A DNA stretch of 64,000 bases from Bacteroidales bacterium. GTDB lineage: Bacteria; Bacteroidota; Bacteroidia; Bacteroidales; GCA-2748055. Below the pieces are notes generated by a model, which was not told the DNA's origin, did not search any database, and was given only the letters and a program-made list of their open reading frames with translations. Shown piece after piece: positions 48,429-56,851 of this stretch. Each line of letters begins with the position of its first letter. Positions within the stretch are counted from its first letter, which is position 1. Where the stretch lies: assembly GCA_029931975.1 (NCBI GenBank), contig JAOZQY010000009.1:8328-72327 (forward strand), given 5' to 3'. The translations under genes and the position numbers were made by a program.

Positions 48429-49612
48429 ACAGGATAGTAGCGCTTATATTGACCCCGTTTCTGTTTACGATGTTTCTATGTGGACAGTCCAAAGAGGAGC
48501 TGCAGGCTGCGAAGCAGAGGGCTTATAACGATATTAAGCTGAGTCGGGAATTGATAGAGAAAACGGCAGCCGAAAGGTCCAGTTCCATTAGGCAGTTAAG
48601 AATTCTTCAAAAGGGAATAAATTCCAGAGCCAGCCTGATTTCCTCCATGGAGAAGGAGGTGGAAATGTTAGGCAGAAATATTCAGGAAACGGGTAAAAAA
48701 ATAGACCAGCTAAGTAAAGAAAATAAGAAGAACAAGGAAGAGTATGCGAGATTGATCTATTATGCGTATAGGAATCACACGGAGTATGAGAAATTGATGT
48801 ATATTCTTGCAGGATCAAGTATCTCCCAGTCCTATCAGCGTTATAAGTATTTAAAGTATATAGGTAAATACAGGGTAAAAAAGGCTATGGAAATTGAGGC
48901 TTTGATTGTGGAGCTGGATAAACAGAAGGAGCAGTTAAATATGCTAAAGAATGAAAAGCTTTCAGTGATGGAGGCTATAGAGATGGAGCGGGATAAACTA
49001 TTTAACCAACGAAGACGAAAATCGTCCATGGTTAATAAGCTGCGGAAAAAGGAGTCTCAATTGCAAAAAGATATCAAGAAGAAAGAAAGAATTGCACGGG
49101 AACTAGAGGCTAGAATTAGGGAGATTATTGAAGAGGAAGCGCGTAAAATGAATTCTTCGAATATTTATGGGGCTCTAACACCTGAGCAAGAACTTGTCGG
49201 AAGTGACTTCAGAAAGAACAAAGGTAAATTGCCCTGGCCTGTTGAAAAAGGAATAATTACGGGAGATTTTGGCCTGAATGAAGTCAAAGGATTACGAGGA
49301 GCTGGGGTCCAGAATAACGGGATCGATATAAGCTCTACGCCCGGGATTGATGTGCGTGCGGTTTTTGAAGGAGAGGTCAAAAAGGTCTTTGCTATACTGG
49401 GGGCCAATTATACTGTTCTGATACGACATGGAGAATACCTGTCTGTTTATCAAAACCTAATTAATGTGAGAGTTAAGACCGGAGATAAGGTGCTGACCAA
49501 GGAGAAGCTTGGGGAAGCGTTTACAGATAGGACCGAAAATGTATCATCATTGCATTTTGAGGTTTGGCGGGAACGGAATATGTTAAACCCGGAAGAATGG
49601 ATCAGTAAATAA
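48425..49612 (+). CDS. EnvC-like murein hydrolase activator (coiled coil plus degenerate LytM/M23 domain)
   Basis: Long coiled coil followed by a LytM fold whose metal ligands are replaced. NNGIDIS stands for HxGxD, YQNL for YxHL and SSLHFE for HLHFE. Confidence 0.75.
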   Translation: MNRIVALILTPFLFTMFLCGQSKEELQAAKQRAYNDIKLSRELIEKTAAERSSSIRQLRILQKGINSRASLISSMEKEVEMLGRNIQETGKKIDQLSKENKKNKEEYARLIYYAYRNHTEYEKLMYILAGSSISQSYQRYKYLKYIGKYRVKKAMEIEALIVELDKQKEQLNMLKNEKLSVMEAIEMERDKLFNQRRRKSSMVNKLRKKESQLQKDIKKKERIARELEARIREIIEEEARKMNSSNIYGALTPEQELVGSDFRKNKGKLPWPVEKGIITGDFGLNEVKGLRGAGVQNNGIDISSTPGIDVRAVFEGEVKKVFAILGANYTVLIRHGEYLSVYQNLINVRVKTGDKVLTKEKLGEAFTDRTENVSSLHFEVWRERNMLNPEEWISK

Positions 49613-49670
49613 CATTTTTTGGAACCTTTGCTGTTTAGGCACCGTATAAGAAGCGTCCACTGGAGTTGTT

Positions 49671-50066
49671 ATGAGAAAAGATCTGAATTTCCCTTCTGAA
49701 ACTGAAAGCCTACGCTTAGTTGAAAAAGCCATTGATGAACTTTCTATGGAACTTGATCTAAGTGATGAACTTTATGGAAATGTTATGGTTGCCACGATGG
49801 AGGCCACAAATAATGCCATTATTCATGGCAACAAATCTAACCCTGAGAAGAAGGTTAAAATTCTATTTCTTCTGGAAAAGAATGAATTAAAAATTCATAT
49901 TGAGGATCAGGGAAAGGGGTTTGAATATTCCACAGTTCCTGATCCAACAGCTCCCGGAAATCTTGAAAAAATCAATGGTCGCGGAATCTTCCTTATGGAG
50001 AGGCTCTCGGATGAAATTTTATACCTGGAAGACGGTAGGATTGTTGAACTTAAGTTCAATATCTAG
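49671..50066 (+). CDS. RsbW/SpoIIAB-like ATP-binding protein (anti-sigma-factor-type kinase fold)
   Basis: HATPase_c_2 boxes: N-box MEATNNAIIHGN, G1 DQGKGF and G2 GRGIFLM. 131 aa. Confidence 0.7.
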   Translation: MRKDLNFPSETESLRLVEKAIDELSMELDLSDELYGNVMVATMEATNNAIIHGNKSNPEKKVKILFLLEKNELKIHIEDQGKGFEYSTVPDPTAPGNLEKINGRGIFLMERLSDEILYLEDGRIVELKFNI

Positions 50067-50491
50067 TGCCTGTCACTTTCCATACGGAACAAACAAAATT
50101 CGATTTAAAGCAGAAGTTGCGGCATAAAAGATGGATCAAACAATGGATTGTCTTACAGAATGCTGTATGCGGCAATATTTCCTATGTGTTTACTTCCAAT
50201 AAGCGAATCAAGCTTATAAATCAACAATACCTTAACCACAACTATTTTACAGATGTTATAACTTTTGATTATACCGAAGACAACCGTATAAGCGGTGATG
50301 TTTTTATTAGCATCGACGAAGTCCGAACTAATGCGGGTAGATTTGGTACAGATGAACTTGAGGAGCTAAGAAGGGTTATGATTCATGGCGTTATTCATCT
50401 GCTTGGTTATAATGATAGTAATGATGAAGAGCGTGCGATCATGCGTAAAATGGAAAATGAAGCATTACATTTGTGGTTGAAAGAGGTATGA
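50066..50491 (+). CDS. ybeY: rRNA maturation endoribonuclease YbeY
   Basis: Zn motif HGVIHLLGYND (HxxxHxxxxxD/H). GTG start sharing 1 nt with the upstream TAG stop. Confidence 0.9.
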   Translation: MPVTFHTEQTKFDLKQKLRHKRWIKQWIVLQNAVCGNISYVFTSNKRIKLINQQYLNHNYFTDVITFDYTEDNRISGDVFISIDEVRTNAGRFGTDELEELRRVMIHGVIHLLGYNDSNDEERAIMRKMENEALHLWLKEV

Positions 50492-50492
50492 A

Positions 50493-52367
50493 ATGAAAGC
50501 TAAGTATGATGTGATTGTTGTGGGGGCTGGTCATGCAGGTTGTGAAGCTGCCGCTGCCGCTGCAAATATGGGTAGCAGAACGTTGCTGATTACCATGGAC
50601 ATGACAAAGTATGCTCAAATGTCTTGTAATCCCGCCATGGGGGGCATCGCTAAAGGGCAGATAGTCAGAGAGATAGACGCAATTGGGGGATATTCGGGTC
50701 TTGTAACGGACAAGTCGATGATCCAGTTTAGAATGCTAAACCGGAGTAAAGGTCCGGCCATGTGGAGTCCGAGAGCTCAATGTGACCGGTTTTTATTTAC
50801 TCTTGAATGGCGCAAGGCTCTTGAAGGAATTGATAATTTAGAGTTCTGGCAGGATAAGGTAAATAGACTCCTCATTAATGGCGGGAAGGTAAATGGAGTA
50901 GAGACAGAAATGGGGATGAGCTTTTTGGCAAAGAAAGTGATTCTTACTGCTGGCACTTTCATAAATGGACTGATGCATGTAGGTAAAGTCAAAATGAAAG
51001 GTGGGCGAATGGGAGAGTCTCCCTCTTCTGGTATAAGTGAACAACTTGCTGAGCATGGCTTTGAGGTGGGAAGGATGAAAACGGGAACACCAGCAAGATT
51101 GGATGGACGAAGCATTGATTTTGATAAATTGGTGGAGCAGCCTGGAGATATGGAATTGAGAAAATTCTCATACTTGGATTACGAGTTGGATTATTCAGAT
51201 CATCGAAGTTGTTATATTGCCTATACTAATCTGACCGTACATGAGGAACTGGAAAAAGGTTTTGTAGATAGCCCCATGTTCGATGGAACCATTCAAAGTA
51301 TAGGGCCAAGATATTGTCCGAGCATCGAAGACAAGATTGTTACATTTTCAGATAAGGAACAACACCAGCTCTTCCTTGAGCCTGAAGGACTCAATACCAT
51401 TGAGTACTATATTAACGGGTTCTCTTCATCTTTAGCCTGGGACGTGCAGTACAACGCCATGTTACAGATAAAGGGCCTGGAGAATGTTAAGGTTTTCAGG
51501 CCTGGTTATGCTATTGAGTATGATTACTATCCTCCCACACAGCTATATCATACCCTTGAGACTAAAAGTCTGGAGAACCTGTATTTCGCCGGTCAAATTA
51601 ATGGGACTACAGGATATGAGGAAGCTGGCGCCCAGGGACTGATGGCAGGAATCAATGCTAGCCTAAAGATAAACGGGGACCAGGAATTTGTGTTGGGGCG
51701 CGATCAGGCTTACATAGGTGTGTTGATTGATGATCTTGTTACCAAAGGAGTAGATGAACCTTATCGCATGTTCACGTCAAGGGCTGAATATAGAATTTTG
51801 CTTCGGCAGGACAATGCCGATGAAAGGTTAACGGAATTAAGTGCGAAAATCGGCATGGCTAAACAGGACCGGGTAGATTTGTTGTTGAGCAAGAGAGAGT
51901 TTATAAATAGCTTTATAGATTTTATGAGAAAGGAAAGCATAGCACCTGTGGATATTAATGGATTCCTTGAGCGTGCTGGCACCAGTGCTCTGAAACAAAA
52001 AGTAAAGTTGATTGAAATTGCCCGAAGGCCCCAGGTGAGGTTGACGGAGTTAATTGAAGAGGTTTCTGGCTTGAAGAAGATTTATATAGCGTGTGGGCGA
52101 AGAGCAGGAGAGATTTTGGAAGCTGTCGAAATATCTATAAAATACGAAGGCTACATTACGAGGGAAAAGTTGATGGCTGATAAAATAAGGCGTCTTGAAA
52201 AAATCAAGCTAGATGAGAACTTTGATTATGAACGGTTAAAAAGTATTTCCACAGAGGCAAGGCAAAAGTTGAGTAGATTAAAACCTAAAACCATTGGACA
52301 GGCTTCCAGGATTTCGGGAGTATCCCCAAGCGACATTAGTGTTCTGCTCATATATATGGGTCGATAG
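50493..52367 (+). CDS. mnmG: tRNA uridine 5-carboxymethylaminomethyl modification enzyme
   Basis: FAD motif YDVIVVGAGHAGCEAA, GPRYCPSIEDK and GQINGTTGYEEAGAQG. Confidence 0.95.
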   Translation: MKAKYDVIVVGAGHAGCEAAAAAANMGSRTLLITMDMTKYAQMSCNPAMGGIAKGQIVREIDAIGGYSGLVTDKSMIQFRMLNRSKGPAMWSPRAQCDRFLFTLEWRKALEGIDNLEFWQDKVNRLLINGGKVNGVETEMGMSFLAKKVILTAGTFINGLMHVGKVKMKGGRMGESPSSGISEQLAEHGFEVGRMKTGTPARLDGRSIDFDKLVEQPGDMELRKFSYLDYELDYSDHRSCYIAYTNLTVHEELEKGFVDSPMFDGTIQSIGPRYCPSIEDKIVTFSDKEQHQLFLEPEGLNTIEYYINGFSSSLAWDVQYNAMLQIKGLENVKVFRPGYAIEYDYYPPTQLYHTLETKSLENLYFAGQINGTTGYEEAGAQGLMAGINASLKINGDQEFVLGRDQAYIGVLIDDLVTKGVDEPYRMFTSRAEYRILLRQDNADERLTELSAKIGMAKQDRVDLLLSKREFINSFIDFMRKESIAPVDINGFLERAGTSALKQKVKLIEIARRPQVRLTELIEEVSGLKKIYIACGRRAGEILEAVEISIKYEGYITREKLMADKIRRLEKIKLDENFDYERLKSISTEARQKLSRLKPKTIGQASRISGVSPSDISVLLIYMGR

Positions 52368-52402
52368 TTCCACGTGGAACATATTTTGTATAATTCAAAC
52401 TT

Positions 52403-52960
52403 ATGAATCAAGAAGAAATAGTAGAGTATTTGAAAAAAGCAACGAGGTCCATAAAGGATTATCCAAAGGAGGGAATTGTTTTTAGGGACCTGACCACGAT
52501 TTTTCAGGATGGGGAAGCTTTTTCCATGGCGCTAGATTTGCTGGTGAATTGTTTAAAAGGAGAATCTTCATCCACATTAGCCTTTGATAAGTTTGTTGGA
52601 ATTGAAGCGAGGGGTTTTGTTTTAGCGGGAGCCCTGGCTGCGAAATTGGGCGGTGGAGTAGTATTATTGCGAAAGCCGGGCAAGTTGCCGTACAAGAAAA
52701 AGAGAATGGAATACAAGCTGGAATATGGAGTAGATGCCCTGGAGATTCATGTGGATTCAATTTTACCAGGCGAAAGAATTATAATTGTAGATGATTTGTT
52801 AGCAACGGGGGGAACTGCCGAGGCGGGGTGTAAGTTAATAGAGGAACTTGGAGGCGAAATTGTGAAGGCCTTATTTCTGGTTGAACTCCCGGAACTGTTG
52901 GGTCGGAAAAAACTAGCGTCCTACGATATTAGCTCCGGGATTTCTTTTGATGGACATTAA
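52403..52960 (+). CDS. apt: adenine phosphoribosyltransferase
   Basis: PRPP motif IIIVDDLLATGGTA, FRDLTTIF and GIEARGF. Confidence 0.93.
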   Translation: MNQEEIVEYLKKATRSIKDYPKEGIVFRDLTTIFQDGEAFSMALDLLVNCLKGESSSTLAFDKFVGIEARGFVLAGALAAKLGGGVVLLRKPGKLPYKKKRMEYKLEYGVDALEIHVDSILPGERIIIVDDLLATGGTAEAGCKLIEELGGEIVKALFLVELPELLGRKKLASYDISSGISFDGH

Positions 52961-52993
52961 TTCTCCTACTTGTGCCATGGGTGCAGTGTTTGA

Positions 52994-53017
52994 TTCAGCA
53001 AGGGCTACCTTGCTGAA
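52994..53017 (+). terminator. stem-loop TTCAGCAAGG-gcta-CCTTGCTGAA downstream of apt (no U tract)
   Basis: Read directly: 10-bp perfect stem with a 4-nt loop, 34 nt after the apt stop. The lack of a T-run makes an intrinsic-terminator role uncertain. Confidence 0.3.
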
Positions 53018-53141
53018 GGCTATAAAAACCAGGCTTTTGACGCTTGTCTAAACTTAAAATTGTTCTTTTTAGGGCTCTGAGAGTGCTATATTTATTCTTT
53101 TTACGGCCGCCGGGTAAGGTGAAGGGCTTTAATTAAGCTAA

Positions 53142-54950
53142 ATGAAAAGGAATTTCCACATTAGTAAGCTGATAAATTCACTACCTGAGCAGGCAGGTGT
53201 CTACCAGTTCTTCGACAAGGAGGGTAATATCATTTATATTGGTAAGGCTAAGAATCTGAAAAAACGAGTTTCCTCATATTTTTTTAATAGCAAATACGAC
53301 TCCTATAAGGTCAAAGTACTGGTTGAGCGGATTGAGGACCTAAAGACCATTGTTGTGGATAGCGAATCGGACGCCCTTTTACTTGAGAACAACCTGATCA
53401 AAAAACACCAGCCCCGTTATAACATTCTTTTAAAGGATGATAAAACCTTTCCCTGGATCTGTATAAAGAATGAACCCTTTCCAAGAGTATTTGCAACGCG
53501 AACAATTATCAATGATGGTTCAAAGTACTATGGACCTTTTACCTCTGCCTATACAGTAAAGGTCCTGCTTAACTTGATTCGGCAATTATACCAGCTTAGA
53601 ACCTGTAAGCTTAAGCTTGTTGATGAGGCTATTGAAAAGGGCAAATTCAAAGTATGTTTGGAATACCACATCGGTAATTGCAGGGGTCCCTGTATAGGAT
53701 TGCAAAGCAGAAAAGAGTATGATAAGAACATCCAACAAATTCGGGACATTATTAAAGGTAATTTGAGCAATGTGATATCTTATTTGAAGCGCGAGATGGA
53801 ACATCGATCTGCAAAGTTTCTCTTTGAGGAGGCCAATCAGTTTAAGGAAAAGATTAAAATTCTTTCCAGATATCAGAGTAAATCAACCATTGTAAATTCT
53901 TCTATTAACGATGTGGAGGTATATAGCATTGTAAGTGATGAAAAGGAGGCATTTGTAAATTTTCTGAAAGTTGTGAACGGGGCCATCATACAGGCCCATA
54001 CTATGGAAATAAAGAAAAAGCTTGATGAGGAGGACCTGGATTTATTGGCTTTTGCCATCGCCGACATGAGGAGCCGAATAGAAAGCCAAGCCAGGGAGAT
54101 CATAGTTCCGATGAAATTGAATAACTATTTTCCGGATATTAAAATGACAGTGCCTTTTCGGGGGGACAAAAAGAAGCTGCTTGATCTTTCATTTAGAAAC
54201 TCAAAAAGCGCGAAGATGGAAAAGATGAAACGAAATACCTCCAGGAAAGCGGGTGGATCTACAGAGCGGATCCTGAAAACTGTTCAGGAGGATTTCAGAT
54301 TAAGATCGCTTCCCTTGCACATTGAATGTTTTGATAATAGCAACATGCAGGGAAGCGAAGCTGTGGCAGCATGTGTAGTGTTTAAAAATGGAAAACCCGC
54401 TAAAAGAGAATATCGTCATTACAATATCAGCGAAGTAAAGGGAATTGATGATTTTGCATCTATGAAGGAAGTTGTGTTCAGGCGCTATAGAAGATTGTTG
54501 GACGAAAAGCAGTCATTGCCCCAGCTGATAATTGTTGACGGAGGAAAAGGGCAACTTAGTTCAGCGATTCAAAGCCTTGATCAGCTCGGTTTGCGGGGCA
54601 AAATCTCCATAATAGGAATTGCAAAACGTTTAGAAGAAATTTATTTTCCAGGCGATTCTGTTCCGCTGTATCTGGACAAGAATTCAGAATCATTGAAATT
54701 GGTGCAAAATCTTAGAAATGAGGCCCACAGATTTGGAATTACCTTCCACAGGTTGAAGCGTTCAGCATCCATGACAAGCTCTTTTATGGATGAAATACCA
54801 GGAATTGGCCCGGTGTCTATAGGAAAACTATTTGTACGATTTAAATCCGTCGATGCAATAAGAAAGGCCTCACTGGAAGATCTTTCAAAAGAGGTGGGTT
54901 TGTCTCGCGCGAGGATATTGCAGGCATACATACAAGACACAGAACGGTAG
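53142..54950 (+). CDS. uvrC: excinuclease ABC subunit C
   Basis: GIY-YIG motif GVYQFFDKEGNIIYIGKAKNLKKR, a UVR domain, an endonuclease V-like domain and C-terminal HhH. Confidence 0.95.
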   Translation: MKRNFHISKLINSLPEQAGVYQFFDKEGNIIYIGKAKNLKKRVSSYFFNSKYDSYKVKVLVERIEDLKTIVVDSESDALLLENNLIKKHQPRYNILLKDDKTFPWICIKNEPFPRVFATRTIINDGSKYYGPFTSAYTVKVLLNLIRQLYQLRTCKLKLVDEAIEKGKFKVCLEYHIGNCRGPCIGLQSRKEYDKNIQQIRDIIKGNLSNVISYLKREMEHRSAKFLFEEANQFKEKIKILSRYQSKSTIVNSSINDVEVYSIVSDEKEAFVNFLKVVNGAIIQAHTMEIKKKLDEEDLDLLAFAIADMRSRIESQAREIIVPMKLNNYFPDIKMTVPFRGDKKKLLDLSFRNSKSAKMEKMKRNTSRKAGGSTERILKTVQEDFRLRSLPLHIECFDNSNMQGSEAVAACVVFKNGKPAKREYRHYNISEVKGIDDFASMKEVVFRRYRRLLDEKQSLPQLIIVDGGKGQLSSAIQSLDQLGLRGKISIIGIAKRLEEIYFPGDSVPLYLDKNSESLKLVQNLRNEAHRFGITFHRLKRSASMTSSFMDEIPGIGPVSIGKLFVRFKSVDAIRKASLEDLSKEVGLSRARILQAYIQDTER

Positions 54951-54951
54951 G

Positions 54952-55932
54952 TTATTTTTTTCGGGAAACGGTATACTCTACAAGGTCCCGGAGTGAATTT
55001 CTTGCGTGAGATTCGGGAAAGGAAAAAAGAATCTCCATGGCCGCACTTTTATATTCCTCCATTTTAGCTTTCGCGAAATCAATACCTCCTAAATCCATTA
55101 CAAACTGCACAACTTCGTTTACTACGTGTTGACTTCTTTTTCCGTTTTTGATTTTCTTGATAATGGCCTTCCTTTTGGTGTGCTCGGCCTGGTGAAGCGC
55201 ATAGATCAAAGGGAGAGTAAATTTTTTATCCTTAATATCATTGCCAGTTGGCTTTCCAATCGCTCCATGTTGTTGATAATCAAACAGATCGTCCTTAATT
55301 TGAAAGGCCATACCTATCTGAATCCCCATAAGATGGACTTTTTTCACAATTTCAGGACCAGCTCCCGCAGCCTGAGCTCCACATGCTGTACACGAGGCAA
55401 TCAGACTGGCCGTTTTCATTCGGATAACATCATAATAAGTATCAATATCGATATTCAGACTTCTGGATTTCTGAATTTGGAGCAATTCACCTTCACTCAT
55501 TTCTTTGGAGGCATGGGAAACTATTTCAAGAAGCTCGTAATTCTTTTTTTCTACTGCCAGAATCAAGCCCTTGGCCAGCAGATAGTCTCCAAAAAGCACG
55601 GCTACTTTAGATTTCCAGATTGCGTTGACTGAAAACACACCACGGCGTTCATGCGATTCATCTACTACATCGTCATGGACCAGTGTTGCGGTATGCATCA
55701 ACTCCACGAGGGATGCTGCCGTATAACTTGATTCGGTAATCTGGCCGGTAAGTTGTGAGGTGAGAAAAACAAAGAGTGGCCGCATCCGTTTTCCTTTTTT
55801 TCGAAGCACAAAGCGGGTAACCATGTTTAATAGCGGAATATCGCCGGAAACCTCTGATTTAAAACGAGTATCAAACTCTTTCATTTCCCGGCTAACGGGC
55901 TTTTGGATATCCTCTAATTTGATCATTTGCAC
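54952..55932 (-). CDS. polyprenyl diphosphate synthase (trans-IPPS, octaprenyl/IspB-like)
   Basis: First DDxxD LVHDDVVDES and second FQIKDDLFD. GTG start. Confidence 0.85.
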   Translation of the reverse strand: MQMIKLEDIQKPVSREMKEFDTRFKSEVSGDIPLLNMVTRFVLRKKGKRMRPLFVFLTSQLTGQITESSYTAASLVELMHTATLVHDDVVDESHERRGVFSVNAIWKSKVAVLFGDYLLAKGLILAVEKKNYELLEIVSHASKEMSEGELLQIQKSRSLNIDIDTYYDVIRMKTASLIASCTACGAQAAGAGPEIVKKVHLMGIQIGMAFQIKDDLFDYQQHGAIGKPTGNDIKDKKFTLPLIYALHQAEHTKRKAIIKKIKNGKRSQHVVNEVVQFVMDLGGIDFAKAKMEEYKSAAMEILFSFPESHARNSLRDLVEYTVSRKK

Positions 55933-56025
55933 TGATTAAGAGCTTCTAAAGGTAGAAAAAAGTATGTTGATAAAAGTATAATTTGCGGTGAGGGAAATTA
56001 ACATATTAAATGCCTTAAATATTAA

Positions 56026-56033
56026 TATATTTG
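56026..56033 (+). promoter_or_regulatory. -7 box TATATTTG upstream of the arsR-queD pair, overlapping palindrome ATATTAATAT
   Basis: Matches TAnnTTTG, 40 nt before ATG 56073. The 10-bp AT palindrome at about 56019-56028 could be an operator. Confidence 0.4.
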
Positions 56034-56072
56034 TATTTGATCAATATGTATTTAAAATCATCTATTTGAGAA

Positions 56073-56372
56073 ATGGAGTTTTCAGATCTTAAGCCTGAGG
56101 AAATTGATCGGGCAGCAAACATGATTAAGGCTATTTCCCACCCTATGCGTTTGGCAATTCTTGGTAATCTGGGAGACGGAAACCAACTGAGTGTTACCGA
56201 AATACATAAGATACTTGAAATAGAACAGTCGACAGCCTCTCATCATCTTGGGATTTTAAAGGATAAGGGAATCCTTGCCTCCTTACGAAAAGGTAAAAAC
56301 ACCTACTATTATTTGAAAAGAAAGAATTTAAGTAAACTGATACGCTGTATCAGTGAGTGTGCGTGTGATTGA
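56073..56372 (+). CDS. ArsR/SmtB-family transcriptional regulator
   Basis: AISHPMRLAILGNL...LSVTEIHKILEIEQSTASHHLGILKDKGIL wHTH. C-terminal CISECAC cysteines. Confidence 0.8.
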   Translation: MEFSDLKPEEIDRAANMIKAISHPMRLAILGNLGDGNQLSVTEIHKILEIEQSTASHHLGILKDKGILASLRKGKNTYYYLKRKNLSKLIRCISECACD

Positions 56373-56386
56373 AACATCATTTAAAC

Positions 56387-56836
56387 ATGAAAAAGGTTCG
56401 GGTTAGCAAGGAATTCCATTTTGAAATGGCTCATGCCTTGTGGCATTACGATGGTTTGTGCAAACATATTCATGGGCATTCCTATAAGCTTTTTATAAGG
56501 ATTATTGGTGAACCTATTCAGAATATTGGAGATCCAAAATTAGGAATGGTTCTTGATTTTTCAGACCTGAAATCTGTTGTAAAAGAGCAAGTTGTGGATT
56601 ATTTTGACCATTCCCTGGTAGTTTACAAGGCTGCTGTCGGGCATTTGCCTGAGGAGAGAAATGAGATGTATGAAAAGGTGCATGTTATGGATTTTCAGCC
56701 CACCTGTGAAAACCTTGTATTGTTTATTGCAGAAAAAGTGGGTGCACGTCTCCCGTCCAACATCAGCCTTTTTTCAGTAAAACTCTATGAGACTGCCACT
56801 TCTTTTGCCGAGTGGTATGCGGCAGATAACCAGTAA
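56387..56836 (+). CDS. queD: 6-carboxytetrahydropterin synthase (PTPS family)
   Basis: FHFEMAHAL and CKHIHGHSYKL (Zn His triad). Start placed at ATG 56387. Confidence 0.85.
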   Translation: MKKVRVSKEFHFEMAHALWHYDGLCKHIHGHSYKLFIRIIGEPIQNIGDPKLGMVLDFSDLKSVVKEQVVDYFDHSLVVYKAAVGHLPEERNEMYEKVHVMDFQPTCENLVLFIAEKVGARLPSNISLFSVKLYETATSFAEWYAADNQ

Positions 56837-56851
56837 TTAAAGAGTATTATT

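Noticed and set aside
52977-53048. A roughly 23-aa ORF and possible small RNA in the 181-bp apt-uvrC spacer.
   Set aside because: The only structure is the single stem-loop listed as a weak terminator candidate. I could recognise no promoter box or known RNA motif.
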